Shown here: positions 8,662 through 15,972 of the stretch, piece after piece | Position numbering within the stretch: position 1 is the stretch's first letter | Layout of the letters: each line of letters begins with the position of its first letter | DNA from: Pelagibacteraceae bacterium | Lineage (GTDB): Bacteria; Pseudomonadota; Alphaproteobacteria; HIMB59; GCA-002718135 | Length of the DNA stretch: 64,000 bases | Assembly: GCA_002717485.1 (NCBI GenBank) | Contig: PBDW01000007.1 | Span: 213,611 to 277,610 of the forward strand | Direction: 5' to 3' | The notes under the pieces: model-generated | Seen by the model: only the letters and a program-made list of their open reading frames with translations | What the model was told of the DNA's origin: nothing | Databases searched by the model: none | Program-made: the position numbers and the translations under genes

Positions 8662-9849
8662 ATGAAAAAACTAAAAGTAATTGATCTATTTGCAGGATGC
8701 GGCGGATTCAGTAAAGGATTTGAAGAGGCAGGATTTGAAAATATTGTTTCAAATGATATTTGGGAACCAGCAGGAAAAACATTCACACATAATCATAAAT
8801 TAGGCAAGTTTATATTAGGTGATATAACCAATAAAAATGTTAAAAAAGAGATAGTTAATAATTCCAGAGGGTGTCACGTTATTGTTGGAGGACCTCCCTG
8901 TCAAGCATACAGTATGGCCGGGATTAGAAATGTTGATGACCCAAGAGGAAAATTGTTTGAAGATTATCTTAAAATAGTTAACAAAATTCAACCAAAATAT
9001 TTTGTAATTGAGAATGTCAAAGGTCTTTTGTCAATGGAACACGATAGGCCCAATCTTATGCCTGATGAACAAAAAAAATTGAATAAGATTAAAAAATTAG
9101 AAAAATTAAAGACCGCCCTACTTCTTAAACGTAAACAATCTTTAAACACTTCACAGATAAAATTTACAAAAAATGAATCAATAATTCTCGAAGAAACAAA
9201 ACAAAAATTAAAGGAAATCAAAAAAAATACTTCGTATTTAAGGGTAAAAGTTACCGATATGATTAAAAAAAGGTTCGAAAAGATAGGTTATGATGTCAAA
9301 ATGGAAGTTTTAAACGCAGCTAACTACGGAGTTCCTCAGAAAAGGGAAAGAGTAATTTTTATCGGAAGTTTAAATGGTCTTCCAATCAAATTTCCCAATC
9401 AAACGTATAAACAAAAAATAAATGATACTGGTGATTTATTTAAATCCAATCTATCAAACTGGATAACAGTGCGTGAAACAATAGACGATATTAAAAACTT
9501 ACCAGAAAATATAAAATTCAATCACATTTTCACAAAATGTGGAAAAGATTTTTTAAAAAAAATAAAAAAAACAAAGATAGGCACAAGTGTTTATGGAGGT
9601 TATGCTGATGCATATTTTAGGAGTTATCCTGATGAACCCAGCAGAACTGTAAAAGAAAACCACGGGGGTGTATTCATTCATTATGAAAAGGATAGATTTA
9701 TGACACCACGTGAACTTGCGAGATTACAATCATTTAACGATGATTTTCTTTTTGAAGGAACTAAAAGTCAAATATTAGTTCAAATAGGAAACGCAGTACC
9801 CCCACTACTTAGTTTTAATATCGCAAATTCTTTAAAAGAAAATTTATAA
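8662..9849 (+). CDS. dcm: DNA (cytosine-5)-methyltransferase
   Basis: Motif I DLFAGCGGFS, IV GGPPCQAYS, VI ENVKGL, VIII QKRERV, X GNAVPP. Carries an unusually long Lys/Glu-rich insert between motifs VI and VIII. Confidence 0.95.
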   Translation: MKKLKVIDLFAGCGGFSKGFEEAGFENIVSNDIWEPAGKTFTHNHKLGKFILGDITNKNVKKEIVNNSRGCHVIVGGPPCQAYSMAGIRNVDDPRGKLFEDYLKIVNKIQPKYFVIENVKGLLSMEHDRPNLMPDEQKKLNKIKKLEKLKTALLLKRKQSLNTSQIKFTKNESIILEETKQKLKEIKKNTSYLRVKVTDMIKKRFEKIGYDVKMEVLNAANYGVPQKRERVIFIGSLNGLPIKFPNQTYKQKINDTGDLFKSNLSNWITVRETIDDIKNLPENIKFNHIFTKCGKDFLKKIKKTKIGTSVYGGYADAYFRSYPDEPSRTVKENHGGVFIHYEKDRFMTPRELARLQSFNDDFLFEGTKSQILVQIGNAVPPLLSFNIANSLKENL

Positions 9850-10545
9850 ATTCATTATCTTACTTAAATTTTTCAAATTGAATCTAAATTTTTTATTTGG
9901 ACTTCTATTATTATGTAATTGAAATTCTCCTATTGAAATATCATTATATTTAACGGTACAACTCTCATTCCAAGTTAATAGATTTTTTGTGAATTTAAAA
10001 TTTTCTAATTTCCAAACAATATTTTTAAAATTATCTTTTTTAAAAATTTCATAATTAAATTCATTCTTTTTTTGGAAAATCCATAACAAATAATCACAAT
10101 GCATTAAATGCTTTAAATATATAGGCATAAGATTATGTATAGAATTAAAAACAATTTTTTTAAAATTATCTCTGTTTAAACTATGTATTTGGTTGATATG
10201 AAGTATCTCTTTGAAATGAATATTTAAAACATTCCAACTTGCCTGACCTACCTCTGAAGGACAAACTTTCATATTTGCATTTTTATTAGTTTTTATTGAT
10301 AAAGTTTTATTTTCTTCAAGATAAAAATCTATCGGACTTTTACTCTGCCCTCCTCTGGATCCTTTTTCTAAACCAGTATGTTTAATAATTTTTGGCAAAT
10401 CTTTAAGGGCTTTTTTAATTAAAAAATGTAATTCATTCTCATAAAATTTGTTAGATCTTGTAATTAAATGGGAGCTATCTAATTCATTTAGATCACAGAT
10501 AACTTTTTCAGCAGATTGTCCAAGTGTTTCATTGTTAATCGACAT
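9844..10545 (-). CDS. putative type II restriction endonuclease, cognate to the adjacent C5-MTase
   Basis: Convergent with dcm (6-nt overlap) and directly downstream of vsr. Possible PD-(D/E)XK core in SPIDFYLEENKTLSIKTNK. No family recognised. Start set at the ATG at 10545; the ORF track begins at a TTG at 10551. Confidence 0.5.
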   Translation of the reverse strand: MSINNETLGQSAEKVICDLNELDSSHLITRSNKFYENELHFLIKKALKDLPKIIKHTGLEKGSRGGQSKSPIDFYLEENKTLSIKTNKNANMKVCPSEVGQASWNVLNIHFKEILHINQIHSLNRDNFKKIVFNSIHNLMPIYLKHLMHCDYLLWIFQKKNEFNYEIFKKDNFKNIVWKLENFKFTKNLLTWNESCTVKYNDISIGEFQLHNNRSPNKKFRFNLKNLSKIMNL

Positions 10546-10892
10546 TCCCAATTATTATAAACTTTCCAACCTAATTTTTTAAGCTTTTTATTGTTGATTA
10601 GATCTCTTTTTCTATTATTTGTTAATTTTGATAACCAGAATTTTTTATTTGTTTTTGGCAATTTATATTTACCGCATTGATGATGATGCCAAAAACATCC
10701 ATTAACATTAATGATAGTTTTATACTTTTTTAATACAATATCGGGTTTTCCAGGAAGGTTTTTTTGATGCAACCTGAACCGATAACCTTTTTTATGAAGA
10801 AAAGATCTTACAAAAAGTTCAGGTTTAGTGTTCCTTGATTTTATTAAGGACATAACTTCCGATCTTTTTTTCTTTGTAAAAACGTCTGTCAA
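10488..10892 (-). CDS. vsr: very-short-patch repair endonuclease
   Basis: RSEVMSLIKSRNTKPE, GKPDIVL, VNGCFWHHH and C-terminal GWKV...WEC are typical of Vsr. Confidence 0.9.
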   Translation of the reverse strand: MTDVFTKKKRSEVMSLIKSRNTKPELFVRSFLHKKGYRFRLHQKNLPGKPDIVLKKYKTIINVNGCFWHHHQCGKYKLPKTNKKFWLSKLTNNRKRDLINNKKLKKLGWKVYNNWECRLTMKHLDNLLKKLSVI

Positions 10893-10942
10893 TTATAGAA
10901 ACACAATCTATTAAATATATATTATAATTGTATTATAATATC

Positions 10943-11143
10943 TTATAATTCTTCAGTCCAGTAGCATTCATCTATAGGAATTCTTAAGCCATCCATTCCC
11001 AAACACATAGGATCATGAGTTTCTGGGAAATTTAGAATTATAACAATAAAAATTCCAAAAATTATGGAACCAAAGAATAATTCATAAAAATTAATAGAAT
11101 CTATAGAATTTATATTTTTTAATTTTTTAAGTATTTTTGACAT
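10943..11143 (-). CDS. small single-TM hypothetical protein (66 aa from the ATG)
   Basis: ORF only: a basic N-terminus, one hydrophobic helix and a Cys-containing acidic tail. No homology recognised. Confidence 0.3.
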   Translation of the reverse strand: MSKILKKLKNINSIDSINFYELFFGSIIFGIFIVIILNFPETHDPMCLGMDGLRIPIDECYWTEEL

Positions 11144-11162
11144 ATTAAAAATCACAGTATTT

Positions 11163-11210
11163 CCAAGGATATGAATGTGTGGATGAATTTCTCACATTCA
11201 TGATCCTCGG
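11163..11210. repeat. long imperfect hairpin (about 16 bp stem, one bulge, 13-nt loop)
   Basis: CC.AGGAT-ATGAATGTG / CACATTCAT-g-ATCCT.GG, read from the sequence. Lies 20-67 nt 5' of the small ORF's ATG on the minus strand. Confidence 0.6.
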
Positions 11211-11271
11211 AAGTAAAATCATGAAGGCATTTTTTAGCAGGAGAAAGTTTATGAAATTTAGGAAAACTAAC

Positions 11272-11296
11272 TTTAAAAATGCAATCATAATTGCAT
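11272..11296 (-). terminator. likely Rho-independent terminator after the DUF1192 gene
   Basis: On the minus strand: ATGCAAT-tatg-ATTGCAT followed by TTTT. The 7-bp stem is AT-rich, so the structure is weak. Confidence 0.4.
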
Positions 11297-11341
11297 AATA
11301 TTTAATGATTCTGTCTTTATAATGATTGAATTAAGTCAATA

Positions 11342-11536
11342 TTAAGATTTTTTTCTATTAAAATAATCTTCGGCTTGAGATTTTGTTTTGCTCTTCTTGT
11401 CAATCTCACCTTTAACCCTTAATATTTCATTATCTAATTGGATTAAATACTCTCTTAATTCAGAAATACTAAAGCTATCAAGATTAATAGATTTAATTGT
11501 CTTACTTTCTTTTTCAAATTCTAAATAATCATCCAT
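11342..11536 (-). CDS. DUF1192-like small coiled-coil protein
   Basis: 64 aa. LDSFSISELREYLIQLDNEILRVKGEI matches the alphaproteobacterial DUF1192 pattern as I recall it. Confidence 0.55.
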   Translation of the reverse strand: MDDYLEFEKESKTIKSINLDSFSISELREYLIQLDNEILRVKGEIDKKSKTKSQAEDYFNRKKS

Positions 11537-11604
11537 CTTCTTAACTCATAAATTGATTTTAGGGAGGAACAGCATAACGCTGATTCCTCACCTATTCTAG
11601 TTGT

Positions 11605-12039
11605 TTATTGTATGTTAATTAACCTTGGTTTTTTTTCTTCAGGAATTATTTTTTCCAAATTTATTGTTAATAAACCATTTTTTAATTCCGCTTCTTTTAC
11701 TTTAACTTCTTCAGAAATCGTAAATGAACGTTGGAATTTTCTTGTTGAAATACCCTTATGAATTATGTCTTCTCCATTTTCATCAACTACTTTTTCGACA
11801 TTTTTATTTCTAATAGTTAATGTGCTGTCTTTAATCTCAACTTCGATATCTTTTTTATCGAAACCAGCAAGGGCTACTTCAATCTTATAATCATTATCAC
11901 TTTCCCTTTTTATATTATATGGGGGATAATTTGAGTTGAATTCAGATGATTCAAGCATTCTGTCAAAATCATCAAAAATTGAATCAAAGCCAACAGAAAA
12001 TGGTCTTAAAGAATTCCATATAGATATGTTTCTATTCAT
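11605..12039 (-). CDS. Hsp20/IbpA-family small heat-shock protein
   Basis: Alpha-crystallin domain YPPYNI...YKIEVALAGF...LTI...F.R.F.L. An AAGGAG Shine-Dalgarno sits 7 nt before the ATG. Confidence 0.9.
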   Translation of the reverse strand: MNRNISIWNSLRPFSVGFDSIFDDFDRMLESSEFNSNYPPYNIKRESDNDYKIEVALAGFDKKDIEVEIKDSTLTIRNKNVEKVVDENGEDIIHKGISTRKFQRSFTISEEVKVKEAELKNGLLTINLEKIIPEEKKPRLINIQ

Positions 12040-12070
12040 TATTACTCCTTATTTAAAAGCAAGTTACTTT

Positions 12071-12096
12071 GTTAATACCCACTATGGCATATTAAC
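12071..12096 (-). promoter_or_regulatory. 7-bp inverted repeat GTTAATA-N12-TATTAAC in the hsp20 leader/promoter region
   Basis: Read from the sequence, 31-57 nt upstream of the hsp20 ATG. It is not a CIRCE element and I saw no clear sigma32 box. Confidence 0.25.
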
Positions 12097-12147
12097 ACTT
12101 TACATATGGTGATTGCTTTATCATTATTCAATAAGTATATTTTAATA

Positions 12148-12759
12148 ATGCCATTAAATTACCTGTTATTTACACAAATAATCTTATTTCTTTTTATTAC
12201 GCCAGGATCTCCGAGAATATTAATTATGTCATATGCAATGAAATATGGAATGAAAAAATCTATTTGGACTGCAGTTGGAGATATTTCAGCAAATTCATTG
12301 CAAATGTTAATAGTAATTTTTGGAATTGGTACATTACTTTTTACTTATCCTGATATTTTTTTAATAATAAAATGGATAGGTATTTTATATTTAATTTATT
12401 TGGCATTTGACATATTAAAATCAAAAACTCAAGAAATTGCATCAGGAATTCTAGATTTTAAAAAAAGTAATTTTTCTTTTTTTAAAGATGGATTCATAGT
12501 TGCGGGAATGAGTCCAAAAGCATGGATATTTATTGGAACAATATTTCCAACATTTATTAATTTTGACAAAAATTATATATTACAATTTTTTATTCTTGGC
12601 TTAAGCTATATAATTTTAGATTTTATTAGCCTTATAATTTATGGATTAATTGCTAGAAAAATTATTGTTTGGTTAAAAGCAAATCCAAAGACCATAAATC
12701 TAATTTCATCGATTGCCTTGTTGTCAATTGCCCTAATAGCATCTTTCATTAAGATTTAA
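12148..12759 (+). CDS. LysE/RhtB-family exporter (second copy in the window)
   Basis: ITPGSP motif near the N-terminus and about 6 TM segments. Start set at the ATG at 12148; an upstream in-frame ATG at 12106 is possible. Confidence 0.7.
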   Translation: MPLNYLLFTQIILFLFITPGSPRILIMSYAMKYGMKKSIWTAVGDISANSLQMLIVIFGIGTLLFTYPDIFLIIKWIGILYLIYLAFDILKSKTQEIASGILDFKKSNFSFFKDGFIVAGMSPKAWIFIGTIFPTFINFDKNYILQFFILGLSYIILDFISLIIYGLIARKIIVWLKANPKTINLISSIALLSIALIASFIKI

Positions 12760-13382
12760 AGTTTTATCCATTTAGGTCTTGTCATTAAAAATTTTGAATC
12801 AACCTCGCTATATTCAGAATATCCCATTCTTGATATTGCTTTCATCATCAGACTGTTGATTCTTCCATTTTTAATATAACGATTTTCTATTCTGACGCCA
12901 ATCACTTCCCCAATTATCATTTTATTTTGATTCTTATTTTTAGATTTAGTCTTAAGATTTATTTTTCTTATGAGTTTGCATTCTAAATTAATTGGACTAT
13001 CTGCAACAGACGGTGGTTTTACAATTTTTGATTTTCTTTTTTTTATTTTACAAAAATTAAATTCATCTATATCGTGTGGTGCATCAATCGAAGTTTCATT
13101 AACTTCATTTTTTAATTTTTTAATAGCTAGATTAACAACAAATTCTCTTGTATCAAGTATATTCCTTATTGTATCTTTTAATCCTCCATCACTATGATTT
13201 GCAGTTGCAGCAAACATTATTTGTGGAGGAATATATGATATTGCATTAAAAAATGAATATGGTGATAAATTTGGGACACCATTTTTTGAAATAGACGATA
13301 TCCAACCTATTGGACGAGGAAAAATTAATGCACTTAAAAAATTAGGTGTAAAGGGATGATTTTTGTTTGGTTCGAAAAACAT
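12756..13382 (-). CDS. flavin reductase-like FMN-binding protein
   Basis: RPIGWISS...G.PNLSPYSFFN, typical of the Flavin_Reduct split-barrel domain. Lies 4 nt downstream of livF. Confidence 0.7.
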   Translation of the reverse strand: MFFEPNKNHPFTPNFLSALIFPRPIGWISSISKNGVPNLSPYSFFNAISYIPPQIMFAATANHSDGGLKDTIRNILDTREFVVNLAIKKLKNEVNETSIDAPHDIDEFNFCKIKKRKSKIVKPPSVADSPINLECKLIRKINLKTKSKNKNQNKMIIGEVIGVRIENRYIKNGRINSLMMKAISRMGYSEYSEVDSKFLMTRPKWIKL

Positions 13383-13386
13383 ATTA

Positions 13387-14175
13387 CTAACCTCCTAAAA
13401 ATAACTTTCCAACGTTATCATTATTAAGCAAATCTTTTCCTTCTCCGGCCATAACAACCTTGCCAGATGTAAGAACATAACCAATATCAGAAAATTCTAG
13501 TCCTTTTTTAGCATTTTGTTCAACTAAGACTATTGTTTTACCTTCATTTTTTTGCAAATCTCTTAAAATTTCAAAAACCATATCTATATATTTTGGCTCT
13601 AAACCAATAGATGGTTCATCTATTAATAAGATTGAAGGTTTCATCACTAATGCTCTAGATATTTCTAATAATCTTCTTTCACCTCCAGATAAAACTTTAG
13701 CTAGTTGATTTCTTCTTTGTTTTAAACGATCATATTTGGATAAAATTTTAATAACCTCATCAAAAGCATCCTCTTTTTTATTTTTAGTAAAACCACCCAT
13801 TAAAAGATTTTCTTCTACTGTCATATCTGGAAACACTGAATTATCTTGAAGAATATAGGCAATGCCTATTGATTTTAATTTTTCAGAAGGACTTAATGTT
13901 GTTATATTTTTTTGATCAATTTTTATTATTCCAGAAAAAATATTAGTAAATCCATAAATAGAATGAAGTATGGTAGATTTTCCTGCTCCATTTGGACCAA
14001 TTAAGCATAACGATTGACCTTTATCTGCATATAGGTTCAAATTGTGTAAAATTTCCATTTTACCATAACCTGCATTTAGATTTTCAATAGATAAATAAGG
14101 TTTGTCAGAAGATAATTTTTTTAAATCTTTTGATTCTGGAGGATTGCCTAAAACAGAAAATTGATTGTCAGACAT
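13387..14175 (-). CDS. livF: HAAT-family (branched-chain/neutral amino acid) ABC transporter ATP-binding protein
   Basis: Walker A GPNGAGKST, signature LSGGERRLLEI, Walker B LLIDEPS. Confidence 0.85.
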   Translation of the reverse strand: MSDNQFSVLGNPPESKDLKKLSSDKPYLSIENLNAGYGKMEILHNLNLYADKGQSLCLIGPNGAGKSTILHSIYGFTNIFSGIIKIDQKNITTLSPSEKLKSIGIAYILQDNSVFPDMTVEENLLMGGFTKNKKEDAFDEVIKILSKYDRLKQRRNQLAKVLSGGERRLLEISRALVMKPSILLIDEPSIGLEPKYIDMVFEILRDLQKNEGKTIVLVEQNAKKGLEFSDIGYVLTSGKVVMAGEGKDLLNNDNVGKLFLGG

Positions 14176-14176
14176 T

Positions 14177-14923
14177 TTATTGAACCCCTAAATATGCATC
14201 AATAACCCTTTGGTCATTTTTAATTTGATCAGGTACTCCATTTGCAATTAAATTTCCATGAGCTAAACAAAATATTTCTTGTGCTAAATTCATAATAACT
14301 CTCATATTATGTTCAATAACTAATAATGTTATACCAAATTCTTTATTTACCTTAATTAATCTCTCTATAATTCCATTTATCAAGGTCGGATTTATTCCGG
14401 CTGTTGGTTCATCAAGCAATAACATCTTTGGTTCATTCATCAATGCCATTGCTAATTCTAGAAGTTTTTGTTGCCCAAAAGATAGATCTCCCGCTCTAAG
14501 GTTTCTTTTTTGAAATAATCCTACAAAGTCTAATAAATTTTCTGCTTTCTTATTTAATTCTTTTGGAATATTAGAAAAAATTGCAAAAATATTATCATTT
14601 GTTGGTTTTGCACTAATTAACATATTTTGAATGCAGTTTAATTTTCCATAAATTCTAGTTTGTTGAAATGTCCTGAGGAATCCAAGTTTGGCAATTACTG
14701 GCACAGGTAAAGTTGAAACTTCTTTGTTATAAAATTTAATAGACCCCTTATCAATAGGATGAGTACCAACTATTGAATTAAATAAGGTTGTTTTTCCTGA
14801 TCCATTAGGTCCTATTAAACCTACAATACTTCCCTCTTTCACTGAAAATGAAATATCTTCATTGGCTTTTACGCCGCCAAAATACTTATATACATGATCA
14901 ATCAATAATACTGATTCCTTCAT
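14177..14923 (-). CDS. livG: HAAT-family ABC transporter ATP-binding protein
   Basis: Walker A GPNGSGKTT, LSFGQQKLLEL, LLLDEPTAG, and the LivG-type C-terminus VIDAYLG. Confidence 0.85.
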   Translation of the reverse strand: MKESVLLIDHVYKYFGGVKANEDISFSVKEGSIVGLIGPNGSGKTTLFNSIVGTHPIDKGSIKFYNKEVSTLPVPVIAKLGFLRTFQQTRIYGKLNCIQNMLISAKPTNDNIFAIFSNIPKELNKKAENLLDFVGLFQKRNLRAGDLSFGQQKLLELAMALMNEPKMLLLDEPTAGINPTLINGIIERLIKVNKEFGITLLVIEHNMRVIMNLAQEIFCLAHGNLIANGVPDQIKNDQRVIDAYLGVQ

Positions 14924-15972
14924 TTCAACTCCACTTGAGCCTTTCTGTCATCTTCATCAATAACCTCGCCAAATTTTTCTGGGTATTTCTCACGTAACCA
15001 TCCCATAATTCCTTCTGGAAAAAAAACTACTACAATTACAATTAATGCTCCCAGTGCAACATATTGCCATCCTAAAAAAAAAGTCCAAAAACCTTCCTTA
15101 AAAATATGAAATGCCGCTGCGCCAATTACAGGTCCCCATAAAGTTCCTTTACCTCCAAGTATAGCCATTAAAACCATAAAAACACCAAATGTTCTTCCAG
15201 CAAAAGCAGTTTCAACGGGCTCAATATATCCAATCATATTTCCCATAAGACCACCGGCAATCCCCACAAAAAATGCGGATACTACCCATCCTGTAATTTT
15301 GTATCTCATTGTATAAATTCCCATAGCTTCAGCTTTATCTTCGTTATCTCTAATCGCATTTAATACTAGACCAAATCTTTTAGTGTATGCCCATCTCAAG
15401 AATAAAAAGGTAAAGATCATTAAAATAAAACTTAAGAAATAAAAAAATTCCGATCTTAATTCAGTATCACCTATTCCTTTTGGCCATGGAGGAGATGTCA
15501 TTCCTTGACCAGCACCAATTAATTCTATTCCTCCTGCAATTTCTCCAGCAGCAATTCCTAGGCCCAAAGTACAAATTGCAAAATAGTGACCTCTTAATCC
15601 TAAAATACCGTAACCAATTAAAGCAGCTACTATTGCGGGAATTAATCCTGATAGAATTAATCCTATAAAAAATCCCTGAAAAAATTGTTTTGGTGTATGA
15701 AGAAATGTTTTTTCACCTCCACTTGCAGTCCATTCTGATAATGGAAAAAAAATTCCAATATGAATGCTTGAGCATAAATACATTCCTAAACCAAAAAATA
15801 ATATATTTCCAAATGTATTATATCCCATTTGACCACCTTGAACATCCCATGTGAGAGATAATACTATTAATATCCATAAAATTGACATTTGAAGTTTAAA
15901 AGCAGGAAATAAAAATGGTGCGATTAAACCAAATAATAATATCACTGAATAAAATAATATTTTCTTATTCAT
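14920..15972 (-). CDS. livM: HAAT-family ABC transporter permease
   Basis: 350 aa polytopic protein in the LivM position, with 4-nt overlaps to both neighbours. Confidence 0.8.
   Translation of the reverse strand: MNKKILFYSVILLFGLIAPFLFPAFKLQMSILWILIVLSLTWDVQGGQMGYNTFGNILFFGLGMYLCSSIHIGIFFPLSEWTASGGEKTFLHTPKQFFQGFFIGLILSGLIPAIVAALIGYGILGLRGHYFAICTLGLGIAAGEIAGGIELIGAGQGMTSPPWPKGIGDTELRSEFFYFLSFILMIFTFLFLRWAYTKRFGLVLNAIRDNEDKAEAMGIYTMRYKITGWVVSAFFVGIAGGLMGNMIGYIEPVETAFAGRTFGVFMVLMAILGGKGTLWGPVIGAAAFHIFKEGFWTFFLGWQYVALGALIVIVVVFFPEGIMGWLREKYPEKFGEVIDEDDRKAQVELK

Larger units (their letters stand above)
6428..11216. mobile_element. candidate integrase-associated island carrying an R-M/Vsr module (boundaries not established)
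   Basis: A recombinase gene sits at the left edge and the cargo is typical of mobile R-M modules. An identical 10-mer occurs at 7404 and 11207. No flanking direct repeats were verified. Confidence 0.3.

Noticed and set aside
6428-11216. Possibility that the recombinase, the adjacent inverted repeat and the following genes form an integron (intI/attI/cassettes with attC hairpins)
   Set aside because: The recombinase looks Cre-like, not IntI-like: I saw no IntI-specific additional domain. The cargo genes are in mixed orientations, most lack flanking attC-like repeats, and no GTTRRRY core sites were noted.
11251-11298. 15-codon mini-ORF (MKFRKTNFKNAIIIA) with a good AGGAGA Shine-Dalgarno on the plus strand
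   Set aside because: It is too short to support. Its 3' half coincides with the hairpin that is better explained as the minus-strand terminator of the DUF1192 gene, and there is nothing downstream for it to regulate.
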